The notes beneath the pieces were generated by a model that was not told where the DNA came from, did no database searches, and saw only the letters and a list, made by a program, of their open reading frames with translations. A stretch of 63,972 nt of DNA, the filler included, from Choristocarpus tenellus KU-1152 (Eukaryota > Protista > Phaeophyceae): assembly GCA_964200185.2 (NCBI GenBank). It is 10 parts of 10 records of this genome, joined end to end, with 100 filler letters (N's around TTAATTAATTAA, not from the genome) between each part and the next. Parts side by side here need not be neighbours in the genome. Positions count along the whole stretch, not along the records: positions 5,526 to 30,466 come from CAXNAD020000194.1; 9 more parts are not named here. One strand, written 5' to 3'. Position numbers and translations under genes: made by a program. This document shows positions 12,036 to 25,603 of the stretch, piece by piece (the first letter of the stretch is position 1; each line of letters opens with the position of its first letter).

Positions 12036-15000
12036 TCACAAGACCCAAGCAAATTTTTCCTGGTCACAAGCCCGCAATGCTTCCCTAGCATCATAGAAGT
12101 AGTCATCTCCTTTGATCACCTCTACAGTTATGTTTCCTACTGTGAGCTCTAGTGCTGACCGATCCTCCTGAACAAGATTATCGTAGTCCAACGATGTCAA
12201 GAGCTGACAAGTCACATCACTGTCCAGACCAGCTTCTTTGCACTTCTTGTCTATTGCTCCCTGGGATTAAATATCAACAATGCAAGCAAGTACCTTTGTC
12301 AATTTTGTGTTCAAGAGTGATATTTTGAAAATCAAGAGGAAAACATAAAAAATAGTCAGCAAAAAAAATGCCATTGCACTAGGCACTAATAGAAGGGCAC
12401 GACAAGCGAGGAAGCCAGGGATACATAGTGCGCAAGCATGAAAGAAAAATGTTAGATCCATGGCTCACTGTTTTCAATGTGAGGCAAGGGCGTGTCAGGT
12501 AAACTGTGAGATCCTCTGCTGGTCCGACCACCACGGTCCGCTCCTCCCCAACAGGAACAGCATGTTTTTGCATACAGGATACAGGCAATGGCATCGCCCT
12601 CACTGCCTCATAGATGAGAGCAGCATTTGTTTCAATAGCAGCAGTAATCACACCACCTTCAGTCTCATCTGTGAAGAACACCTTCAAGCACAACCAGAAA
12701 AGGAGTTGGGCTCATGTCACTGGAATCAACACCCTGATTTATTTTGGAGTGCATCATATTGTCTCATACTCTATAGCCTACTTTTTTTCAGCAGATACAC
12801 TATTTCCCCTGTGAAAACAAGTTCTTCTCACCTCAACAACATCTCCCACGCTTAAGCCAGCCTTCTTACGCAGCTTCTGCACTCGATTGACAACCTCCCT
12901 TGCTAGTTTCTGAGACAAAACCTGCATTGATACATCACAAGCGGTGTGCATCTCTTCAGGTGCAACTACATGAAACTGGACACTATTCTCATCACATCTT
13001 TATTTACTCAGTGTAATATATTAAAGGAAATCAAGATCAGGAGCATAGCTTACACAGGCTTCCTGAGATTGTCTATTCACATGCCCTTACCACATACCTT
13101 GCTATTCTGACGTGTGTCTAGCACCACCATTAAAGATCCATCTTCTGATACCGCTGCTTCATATACCTGTTCCATGAAAGGAGAAAAAATCAAGGATATC
13201 TGTCAATATACTGTAGGTAACGAAAAGGGTACTGCTGGAGAATAGGGTATTTTAATGGTACTACCTGCCTGAGCTACAGCCAGATACATGTTGCTTTGAT
13301 TATAGTGCTGGTGATAACTTGACTGCATTTTGCGCACCCTTTCCAGCATTTCAGATGCTATTACATTGTATCAACAACCCACCTCCTTATCTCCCTTGAA
13401 ACCCCTCACGAGAGTGATGTCATCTCCAGACAGTGTTTCCCCTCCTGCCGTAACACTTTCTCCCTGGCACAGACACCCAGAGGTAGAATCAAATCAAGTT
13501 GAGTCCCCTCAACTCATCAGTTGTCAAACAATATATAAAGTGTGTATAAATAAAAATGCCATCCAGGAGAAAAAGTAGCCATAAATACCTCTAACAGGGG
13601 CCACAGTGCAGCACTGTCCAATGTAGCCAGTTCTTTCTTGACCCCTGCCAATTTCTTGCCAAGCCTCTTGCCCAAGACTTTGTTATTTGCCTCTGCAGTT
13701 AGGGTGCACCAAGCTCCCTCATCAGATTCCAACACCATCTGCACAAAAAAAAATCAACCAAAAAGTCAGGAGAAGAGGCTCAACCTCACTTCCACATTCA
13801 GGGCACTAAAGGGGTAGAAATGTCTGCAGCACAATTGAGACACACCAATATCTATCAGTACACACTTCATCTAAAGGAGAGGAAAAAAGGTGAAAAACCT
13901 GCAAAATAACTGTGGTCCATCATGTATCTGACCTCCCATGCATTGAGCTCCCCCTTCAGATACTCCTGCAGCTTGTCCAGTGCCTTGAGAACTGTAGTGT
14001 TTTTGCAAACAACAGTCATTGACTGGACAGGCGTTTTGAGAGATATATTTCGCTTCTCACGTGCTGATCGACCAAGATCCATCACAATCTGCATTGTCTT
14101 CATGTCAGCTTCGGCCTGGGGGTCTAGCCTGCCATTGCATAAACATAACGGGTCATGAATCAATGGACCATGCTCCACAAGACTTCACAGGTTGAGAATA
14201 ACAAGGTGCCCCAAAAGAAAAATTCACAGGTGGTGATGTGGATCAATGCCTGTTTTGATGTGAACTACCACATACAAATCATTTAACACACTGAGCACAC
14301 TTAACTCTAGTATCCCCACAATCTAGAATAAACTACACTCAGTAACCAGAAAATGTACTCTGCACCCCACCTGCTTTCATCAATAGCAGGCATCATCAGC
14401 ATGTGCACAGACTCTGCTCTCCCCATTGCATCTTCCGCCACATTAGGATTATTACAATCCGGGTGGCATTTACGTAGGTGCTTGTAGGTAAACTCAGTGA
14501 AGAAGGGTGTCAGAGGTGCCATTAGCACAGACATTGTCACCAACACCTCGTAGAGGCACTGAAGACCTGGAATAGCAGTATGGCAATGCAATCAAATGTG
14601 ACAATAACAAACATCTCATTTATTTCTTCCTAACAATCAAGAGATTGCAATACGAGCATGACATGATAATTATCTCAAATAGATGTCAAGTACTGTGACA
14701 ACACTACATCGAAATATCTTTATTGCTGCAATAATATGTGTATCACAAGAGAAAATTGAAAACAAAGCTAGACCAACATAACCAGCACTGTATCAGGTGA
14801 ATTGGTGAACAGAAGTGACCTACCATCCCCCCCGACTCATTGCAGTGTACACTATAGACCACAAAAACCTCACTATGTGTACACCAAATTCTGTTATCAA
14901 ACTCAATTTCGAATCAAGAAATAAAAATGAGTAATGTTCAAGAGTGCTTACCAACTCTTGCACTCCCTGCTGCTTCAGCTGTAGTTGCCTTGAGTCGGCT

Positions 15001-18000
15001 GCGGTTGAGTCGAACATACCAGTTTGTGAGCTGGTCAATGAAATCCACAAGTCTTGGTACCACTGTGTAAAGGCGATACGCCTTCATTTCGGTGTGTACA
15101 TACTGTGTTGTGTTCATTGGACAGTATCAAAAACAAAAACCCCCCAAGTTAGATTCAACAATCATCAAACTTGCAACAAAATTAAATACAAAGAAGAAAG
15201 TACTGTAGTGTAAAAAACCTACTCCATAATGCATTTCGAAAGAACAAACTTCAAAGCCAACGAATCAGAAATAGTTGTATACTTGCCTGAACCAGACCCT
15301 GTAATGTTGCCAGTATCCATGCATCCATGACATTTGTGGATTCTTTTGCGACAAGAGGATCTGGGACAAATTGGACACCTGTAGCCATCTCAGATCGTCT
15401 GACCTGTGAGGTTTAACAATAGTACAAAAATAACATTAAAACACCCACCTTATTCACAAGCCTACAGATTGTTTCTAGTGCGTTCCCTAGCCCGTTTACA
15501 CTTTTACACAAAAATCACAGTTACATCTACATCAAAAGTAAGTACTCTTAGTGATGAAACAAAATATGAAAAAAAGTTGGGTGAAAATACAAAAGACATC
15601 TTTAACTCATTCTACTGCTTGCACACAATCATTGCTAAGCAAAGGACTTCCTCAAGCACCCAATTATAACATCAAAAAGACATTGAAATTATGCACCTGC
15701 TGTACAAAGAATCGGAAGGCGTTAAACCAAGGCAAAAGCACATCGCGCACAACAGACTGGACACCCTCCTCCTTGAACTTCAACGACTCCGCACGAACAA
15801 CCGGAGAGTTGATGAGGTACAGTCTCAATGCATCCGCACCATGTATGGAGACGACATGCATAGGATCTGAAGGCAATCAGTAGAAATTAGTGAGGGCACA
15901 AGCAACAAACTCTCTCGATACAATTTTAGTGATAACCTGGGTAATCCAGTTGAAACACCAATAAAATACTGAACAAGCTAAGAAGTGATCCTGTGGCCAT
16001 ACCTATTAATAAACAAAACTCAAGACCATTTCATGTATGCCCTTCGCACCAGGGTAGTTCTTCAGACGCTTGCTCATCTTCCTTCCATCTGCTGCCAGCA
16101 CCAACCCATTGACAATCAAGTTCTTGAAGGCAGGTCGGTCAAATAGTGCAGTGCCCAGCACTGTAAGGGTGTAGAACCAGCCTCTAGTCTGCAAAAATGG
16201 TACAGTTTTTTTGTAACTGTTAAAAGATGAAAAAAAAGGTGAAAAATAGTCAACATTTTAGAGACTTCTGTTGTCATTGCTATTAAACAAGAAACATACC
16301 ACCCAAGGTATTCGAGGGAACATTTGGATCCAAACCCTCGGAAAGGATAAACAACCATGTCTCGCTCTTCAACTAAAAAGTCTCACCTGATCTAACCCCT
16401 CTGCAATGAAGTCAGCTGGAAAGTTGTCCTCAAAAGTCTCCTTGTTCTCAAAAGGATAGTGTTGTTGTGCGTAAGGCATAGAACCTGACTCAAACCAACA
16501 GTCAAAAACCTGTTCAGTGAAACAATTCATAGTGCACAATAGTGTTGTCGCAATGACAATATTTTAGTGACAGAATATATTCAAAAGGTCTTCAGAAAAA
16601 TTGTCATTGTCATTCCAATCCAAACAAAACAAAGTCACATTCAACTATACAGGACTTAAGAACAGATCTAATAGCTCAGAAGTTATTGCTTCTCATACCA
16701 TCTTACCTCATCTATCCTCTTGAGTTGCCCTTTGCCTTTCTTGGATGGAATGGTAATGTGATCCACATTCTCTCTGTGCAGATCTGTTATCTGAATATTA
16801 TTGACAGAACACATACAGGTAGGTAAGTTAGTACAAAACGTAACATAATGAAAGCAGCACTAACTTCTAAGTTATATTTTCATGTAGCATAGATTTCCCA
16901 TTGCAAAAATACAGCACAAAATATTGTCATCCATACGCCATACCTCCACCCTCTTCCAAAAGGTTCACATTGTGCATCACTATAGCCTTGTGAGAGAATA
17001 GCAGAACTTCTTGCATCATAAGGAAAAAACGAACTTCATTGAACCCACCTCCTCCCCAGACAACTCCTTTAGCTCTGCCACAGAACCCACAGTCACCATC
17101 TCCTCTCTATCATCACTAACCCACATTGGAATAGGTGTTCCCCAAAAACGGTTTCTTGATACTGACCAGTCCTTTGCATCTGATAACCTAGGAACAGATC
17201 ACACACACCAAACCAATCATGTAACTAGATATAAACCGTGTTGAGTTAGCGATAGAACATTATTCATTTCAGAGTATTTTTAAGGGGTTACTTGGTCACT
17301 ATTTATAAAATATAAACACAATTCAAGAATACCAACCTATAACAATTGTTGAGGATCCTTACATCAACTGGGTACCACAAGAAAACCGTCTTGATCTAAC
17401 TGACTTACCAATTGTGGAAGCGTTTCTCCTTGACAAAGGAGGGAACCCAATAGGTCATAGCATTGTTCTTGAGCAAGTTTTCCTTGATGGACTCCACAGC
17501 AACAAACCAAGAAGGTACTGCCTTATAGATGAGAGGTGTATCAGACCTCCAGCAGAAAGGGTAACTGCAACAGAAAAAATGGGAGATAGAGGGTGGACCT
17601 CATCAGACAGTGATCCGGATTTTCCCCACTTCAAGGTACAACAAGAATATGTTTCATTTGTATTACTCATGACATGACACTGTACTTTATTTGTATTTTT
17701 ATACAGTCAACCAGAAGAGCACAGTTTTTTAGTATCATTTGAGACCGACAGAAAGGAAAAGTAGCATAATGCTACAGGGAACAAAATCATTATGATGCTA
17801 GCAAACTAACAATGTAACTACCTGTGGGTGTAGTTATCCTTCAGTACCATGCGACCCTTAGCCTTGATAGCATCACACAATCCCTTGTCAGCAGCCTTCA
17901 CATGTTGTCCAGCATACTCAGGAACCTCCTTAGTGAACAAACTGAACACAAGAAATTTATTCTGACAGTGGTTAGAAAGTTGGCATGTGACAGAATAAAA

Positions 18001-21000
18001 TAAAAATAAAAATAATAGTAAGCATTTAATGAAATCAGTAAAGATCACAACCCCAAATCATGCTTACCCATTAGAGTCAACAGGGCATGGTACATCTTCT
18101 CCCTTCCCTATCACATTATTTGCCAAGCAAACACGGTAGTCATCCTCTCCAAATGCAGGGGCCTGGAATTATCCTCACAAAAAGAAATGAAGAGAGATAT
18201 CATGTTGGTTATCAGAGGATTCAACAGATATTGCTATTAAAAGCAACCTGGTGGACACTAAAATGCCTCCGTTACCTCCAGGTAATCCTCTTTTCCAACA
18301 TCAGGGTCAGTGTTACACTGAATAGCACTCCAAAAGAAAAATACAAGTTCAACTTCATAGACATTTCTCGACCCGCAGTTCAAGTCTAACACAGAACTTC
18401 GTAAGGTATTGAACAGAGATGGATACCCTCACCTCAGCGAGGAAAGTGTTCCACCTATAGTTGACACAACACTAAACTAGACAAAAACACGACACAATTA
18501 CCTATGCTATGAATCATATACAACCAAACAAAACCACAATCATACACTAAGGTCAGCCGTACCTCTGCACATGAAAAAGGGGGGTCAGAGAACCTACAGC
18601 CAAAGGCTCTCATAGCAAAGAGATCAAGCCTTAAATATTTGTGATCTTCATCATTCCACCCTTTGTGCTTTTTGCTGAACCAATCCTTTTTTAAGTGTCA
18701 CCGCCAAAGTATTCAATCAAATATTTCGCTTTCCTCACTGACCTGGTGAACAATGCCAGTTCCACTGTCGTTAGTGACGTACCCATCCTCACAAACCTTG
18801 AACGATTCCTTTCTCCTTGAGAAGTACGGGAACATGGGTTCATAATGCAGCCCCACAAGGTCAGCCCCCTTCATCTTCTCGAGCTCTGTTGACATCAACA
18901 ACAACAGACTATTTATTAGGGAGAAAGATGATCTTGTTCAAATTTTGGCGTTGTAACCGCAAGAGTTATGTTCTACTTCAAGGTTCATAAAAAAGGCAAC
19001 CAAATTGTATCACCCAAGGCACAATTAACTGTCAGCACTGCACATTTTGTTCTGGTCCTCACTGATAAGTTTGCAACAGGTATAAAAAAAGGGCTGCACA
19101 AAAAATGAATGTGAATTCATATAGTATTCGCAACACTAAGGTATTCAGGTACAACACAGTATCTTCACTTAATATTTTTATCCTTGGTGTGTATCACACC
19201 TTAGTTTACTTCTTTCACTTTCCACTCCTTCATTAACACAAAGGATTTGAACAATACTGCTGGAATAGAGTTGGTGCCCTGTATGTTACCTTCCATCAGC
19301 TCTCCTTTCATTGCTGGCTTGTACTTCTTGCTGTTCATCACAGGGTACAACTGGGACAGCCGTTCAGATCCCAGGATATACACCTTGTCTGTCTTCTTGT
19401 CTCTTTGACAACCCACACATGCACCGGGGGAGAGTCCACGTAAAAACAGTGATGTTAGACAAAACAGAAAGTTGAAATACACTTTTCCGAAGACCACTAA
19501 GAGAAACTGTCAAAATTTGAATAAATCTACACAGCTGCACAGATGTTACAAACACATTGATGGTGACGATTTTTGAAATTTGGTCTTCATTTTCATTTAT
19601 TATTTGTAGTAAATGGAGGATCTAATCTAACCTGATAGCAAACAATTGATACTAAAAAACAGTACACAGCAAAAACAGTGTGAATTCACAGTTAGAGTTG
19701 TTACTGGGGTTGACATTACACTACAAGACTAGAGAAATTGAAAAGTCTGTTGGTGATCATAAAGACTTGTGACCAAGCTCAAGTCAACACATAATACAAA
19801 ACAGTACAAAATGTTTGGTGTGGTTTACGCAGTCAAGGGTAGCACCAGGAACAGCTGTCAGCCCTAACCTCTCCCCTAGGCACGCTTATCATGTCACCCA
19901 GTCTTTCCACTGTATGTGGTCAGACATCAATATTGGCCTCTTTGTGCGCTGCAAATGCCATTTCCCCAGTGATGGCAACTGCCAACAAAGGGGCTTTCGG
20001 GCAAGACAGAGACTCTAATAAGAGGCCACTTTCAAGTAAAAGCACATGTGAACCTTAAAAAAACACCCTAAGATATATACAAGTATACTTAGAAATATCG
20101 AGGTAGAAAAGTCTGTCTCATCCAAAATACTACAGCCAGTACTACCACTACCAAATAATATCAAAACAAAACATAATATTACAGTACCAGTACATTTAAT
20201 TGCAATCCAGTGAGATCAGATGTTTACAAAAACAAGTACACCAATGCGTATCATCCACAACATGACACATAATACGTAAGTGTCTTATATCTTGATACAC
20301 TATACACAAACCTCGGGTTGATCTAGCAGAGGAAAGGCCACCACAACAGCTGGATCAGACACATCCTTGTAGTTTAAGCCGGCCTCAAAGTTACTAAGAG
20401 GTGTTGCACATGCAGTTGAGAAGGGCATGACCTTGTATCCCCTGTAAACCAGTCCTTTTGATACCAGCTCCTTAAACACCCACCACACTGACTCCATAAA
20501 GGACGGGTCCTGAGAATCAAAGCAGCACAAGAATGTGAAGAGCAAATCCATAATCAAACACACCTATATAACTCTCTTCAGTCCTCACATTTTAAGAGCA
20601 TCTGTGTTTGCTATTACAAAATGCACCAGAGCCAGATTTTCTACAAATAGAGCATATGGACACACATGAAACCTTTTGATACAGAGATCTCCATGCAATC
20701 CTCAAGAAGCACTTTTCATGAAGTCATCAAAAAAAATTGTCACAAAAAGAGTTTTCGACAGACTGAGACAACAGTACTCATTTAGTCCTACAGTTCTAAA
20801 GAAAGGGTGTATGTCACACTAAACGATGACAAACATACCATAGTCTTATAGTCATTTTCGAAGTCGATCCACCTTCCCAGTCTGCTGACAGTGACCTCCC
20901 ACTCCTTGGTGTAGCGACTAACAATGCTGCGGCAGTGGTTGTTGTATTTTTCTATACCCATCTCCATAACCTGTATCCAAACAACAATAAGATTTGCACA

Positions 21001-22804
21001 AGGAGAGTCAGCAGTTGACAGAGTGCACTCTTATATTATTTTCAAAGGCACATAACAGTACATCAAAAAATACAAAACAACTGTAATGAAAATGTTCATA
21101 CTAGGAAGCACGTTCTCAACTGTTTCAGGGTAAGCAATTTACAGTTGAGGCACAGACCACAAGGGTACATATCCAGTAAATTTCGTTTCTGCCATTGTTT
21201 CGGCATCACTAGCCTTGAGATACAACATACGAGTGTCTCCACAAACAGTAGTAGATTACCCCATTTTACAAACAAATGGTGGAAGGGCTCCTTACCACTA
21301 CTCCTAGATGTTTCGAAGGTAAATTCACTGCAAACCACAGATCTTTTAAAAGGTAGATTCAGCCATGCCTAGTTCTGCCAGCCTCAGACCCAAGTCTTCA
21401 CAAATATTTCAAGCAAAAAGAGCTTCCTCCATCGCAGACTTTGAGAAACGTATTTTTCAGCAACCAACAGAAGTCAACACTGAAGAGGTCCACTTCACCT
21501 GATCCCTGTGCGTGATCTTGAGGGACTGATCAATCTCGTACTCCACAGGAAGACCATGACAGTCCCACCCTGCTCTTCGCAAGACATGTCTTCCTGTCTG
21601 GTGGGCATACCTTGTCACTGCATCCTTGATAGTACCTGAAAAAATTGGAGGGTTGAGTAAGGAAGAGGTATGGTGTAAGTTCCACAATCCAACACTGTGT
21701 GGGTTACAATCACACTACTGATGACACCACACTGGCTGAGCTCTGTTTAGATGCAAAAATGGAATTCAGAGCAATGGCATCAGTATTTGAAGAAGGGGTA
21801 AACTTGTTCCTTGACAGGAAAGCAATCCTAATGGCATGGCAATTCCTGTGTAGCAGGTTAGCATTTAACTCACCGGCAAGAATATGCCCGAAATGAGGAA
21901 GCCCTGTTGCAAATGGAGGCCCATCATAAAATGTGAACTCAGGGCGTCCTTCACTGAGGCGTAGGCACTCCTTGAAAGTGTCCTGTTCTTTCCATGTGGC
22001 CTTTCCTTGCAATAGGGAGGCAACAGATGTGAAAGAGAGATGTAAATTGGTACACTAGATGGGAAGATACACAATGGAATAGACGAGTAAAAAACAAAAT
22101 CACTGGGCATTTTCTTATTTCTTTACCCTAGATGATCAGATGGGAGACTTCCGAAAGATGCTTAGAAAAAAACGTTTGTTCTGACACTTCAGCGTGTAAG
22201 AAATGAATGACTGAGTGCTTAGGTTTTTAAAGCAAACTCCTTAAAACCACGAAGAGCAATCACCTCCTTGATTGGTAGGAGATTTATGGACTATACACGC
22301 TGTGGTACAAATGGATACCAAAGAATGTGTCGTCGCCACGGGGCAGCGCCGGTCTTGGGATAACATAGAAACAGGTCTGCACGGTTAGCAATGACAGAAG
22401 CTCATGAACACCCTTAAGGGTGAAGAGCTATGTTTTATGTTCCTGGGGTTTCAGGGGTGGAATCAGGGCAAACCTCTCTGTAAAGATTGGGTCGCTCAAC
22501 CTCCCCTAAGTTTCACCAGGAAATCAGGGCGCAACCAACCTCCCAAATCTACGTCATATTTTCAGATGGAGTAATAAAGAGAGGCTTCTGATTGGCATGC
22601 CTGTGAGCAGTCGTTGACCCCGCTGATCGGATGAAGTCCTAGGGAAATATACCTTACTTTTTCTCGATACTGGTGACATCAGATTTGCCATTAAACGAGA
22701 ACCTAACAGTCGTGACGCCATACTTGACAAATACTTCAAGTGCTTCTCACCTGTACAGCTTCCTCTTCTCTGGGAAAGCTGATGTTGGCTGGAACATCCT
22801 CCAT
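12036..22804 (-). CDS. IARS1: Cytosolic isoleucyl-tRNA synthetase (about 25 exons; one conserved exon not found)
   Basis: Starts [17 protein letters not shown] (ATG 22804). Motifs: [16 protein letters not shown] (HIGH), [101 protein letters not shown]. Stop TGA at 12038-12036. Confidence 0.96.
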
Positions 22805-24340
22805 GAAGACCTCTCCCTGAAATGTACGGGACAGGCGACACAGGTCGACGGTGTAAGGAAGACCAACAGACGCGAAGGTTGGGAAATGATCAGATTATGC
22901 CATGGCGCCTGTGGAAGTCATGAAGTGATGACAGGCAAGGGGAGGACGTCGGCTCTATTTACATTTTTTCTCGATACTTCATAATTTGGCTTGACGCACT
23001 GAAGAAAGGCGAAGAAAAAATGCTAATAGGCCAAGGCTGCAGGCAATTAAACGCTTCAAGAAGAGCTAACAAGACACTTTAGGGCTCCTATAGATCAGCC
23101 TGCTACCCTTAAGAGAACATGTGTGTAAACCGCTCAACACAAGTCCAGATCTGACAAAACACACTCATTCTCCACTGCTACGCTACTGATGACAGTAAGA
23201 GCATACATGCTAATTGCAGGCATTGCTCCGTAGCAGTTTGCGAGTGTGGGTGAAGCCTTCGCTTTCAATTTATTACACACACACCTGATCTTGATCTGTC
23301 ATCGTTACACGAACAGTGGGACGTAAACGGTTGCTGTTACCAGCCCTAAAGGTATTTTACACGGTTTAGACACCGCTGACTAGTCTCCTTCCACAACCCA
23401 ATCTCCACTCGATGGAATGAAAGTGTAGAAATCTTGGACTGAACTTTGTGGTGGAGAGGGAGGGGTGTGGTTGTGGTTGTGGAGCTTCAAAAAAAAAAAA
23501 AGCTTTGTTCTCATAGATTTGTGTGAGAGGGTGTGTCGTGTGGTTGTTTGATATAGGCAGTATTGGACAGGCAACCTAGGCTCTACCTCAACGCTTCTTA
23601 GGTGAGCTAGTCGTATGTGAGGCCAGTGGCATGTGAGTGAGGGAGACTTTTGTTCGTTTTGGACTATTGGTCCCATAAGTATTGTTGCTCAAAATTGCTG
23701 AATACGACGACTTGAACAATGGGACTTTGATCTATCACCTTCTTTAATCCCTTCCAGCTGGTGCTTGGGCCAATATTCGGCTCCGTGTAGGTGTGAATGG
23801 CATCGTGGAGTCCACAGGAGTCCAGTATGCTCGGCTCCGGATTCCGGGTGGTGAAAACTGCCAAGTTCAGTGTTGTTGAGGCCAGCAGTGGTGAGCCAAG
23901 GATGGGAAGCTTGCCACTGGGGTGTGATTTTCTACGTGGTCGATTGTTTTCGGATCTCACTTTCAGCTGCCATCCATATTTGCTGCAATGCAGAAAGGAA
24001 GATGCAAGTGCTTGTCTAACGTAGTCTGCGTGTGGGTCGTCTTGTGGGTGCATCTCAGTCAAGGTTTTATGGGATCATGACTTCCATCTGGTCGTCCTTG
24101 CGTGGAAGCTTCGCATGTGACTCCTCGCAGGTTATTATTCCAGTATACCTTGCAACATTGACATGGTACATAGCTGCCGAACGTAGACTGATGAAAAATT
24201 TGAATGAAAACGGTCGTTCTCCAACCCCCTCCCACCTCGCCCATACGCTTGAATATCCATGTCGACAATCACGTACAGCCCCTGCCCTCTGTGGTTGCAA
24301 TTGCGCCTTGCAACCACCAAACTGTGCGTCCTAGCTTTGC

Positions 24341-25603
24341 ATGGATCAATGTGTACAACCACGTAAGCACTTCTGAACTACCGTTGCCATAATTTTCGTG
24401 TCCGTCATCCCCCTTTAATCGTGATGTTTTCCACGTTGTTGTAGGTGTTGCCCCAGCCCCAAAATCGAAGTCTATACTTGGTGGTGCCTCACAAAGAGAT
24501 GAGGTCCCCAAGTCAGGCACCTGTGCTGCTGCTGTTCCAGCCTCTAAGTCTGTATCTGCTCGTAGTGGTGCCAAACGGAAAGATGCAGTAACCAAGTCCA
24601 GCGCCAGTGCAGGTGCTGCCCCTACCCCTGCATCGGATGCAGGGGCAGCACCCAAGTCCTTTGCCCGAAGGGATGGCCTTATTGCAATGGAGGCCCCGGC
24701 ACAGCAACGTTGGCGTGAAGAAAAGGTTTTTGAGTGCAAGGCAGAGTTTGCTCCTGATGGCAGCCCCAAGGAGAAGTTCCTTGCAACTTTCCCGTACCCA
24801 TATATGAACGGGAGGTTGCACCTAGGACACGCGTACTCCATGACCAAGGTAATGTTGTTGCAGTTGCTGAAAAGTTCGTCAGATGTCATTCACAAGATGT
24901 GTAGCAATTAGCGTAGTTGTTAGCGATGCACTGCTGTAGCGAGCATGGTTCGAGAGACGAGGGTATTGTCCACATGGATGTACAAAGTTCAGTACCCAAG
25001 TACTTACTACTAATACCTTGCTGTAAGTATCATTGAGGGGTTTATACAGCAGCACTCTTGGATGTTATATTTTGATGTGTTCATTGGAATTTAGTCACAG
25101 GTTTTTTATCGCTCAATTGAAGCAATTCTCCCTATGGTAGAAAATTACTTTTATGTAGTACTCAGTGTGTATATATATGCTATAGGTCTCCGTGATACCT
25201 TCAGTGATAGTGCCTATAGTCAGAGGTCATCACTCAGACCTGAGTACAACAAACTGCAACTGAACATTTTGTAAGCACGTCTGAGATTCGAGGAGGACAA
25301 GCAAGCACAAACTCCCTTTTTTTTCTGAGTGTGGAGTTTATCAACACTCCTAGAACTGCCGTTTGCAGATTCAAATGTACATTTGATTGCCAAGATTTTT
25401 TTATCATTCGCATTAGAGCACTCGAGCTACCAAGAGTCCTGTTTTTGAAATCCACTTGCCCACCTGAACTGCGTTCCAGACAGAGTTCATGGTGCAGTAC
25501 CAGCGGCTTAAAGGTAAGAATGCCCTCTTCCCCTTCGGGTTCCACTGCACCGGCATGCCCATTCAAGCAGCGGCCAACAAGCTCAAGTCGGAGATTGAAG
25601 AGT
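24341..25603 (+). CDS. LARS1: Cytosolic leucyl-tRNA synthetase, 5' part only
   Basis: Exons 24341-24362 (tentative start), 24445-24849 and ~25479-25603. Motifs: [29 protein letters not shown] (HIGH) and [30 protein letters not shown]. Confidence 0.92.

Noticed and set aside
19426-19445. TWTLP peptide as the missing IleRS exon
   Set aside because: Only 4 residues match, the frame is wrong relative to the next exon, TTTP is absent and there are no usable splice sites. It lies in the acceptor region and is probably chance.
23988-24080. Signal-peptide-like MQKGRCKCLSNVVCVWVVLWVHLSQGF as an organellar leader for LeuRS
   Set aside because: An in-frame stop follows within a few codons, and I found no convincing donor linking it to LeuRS.
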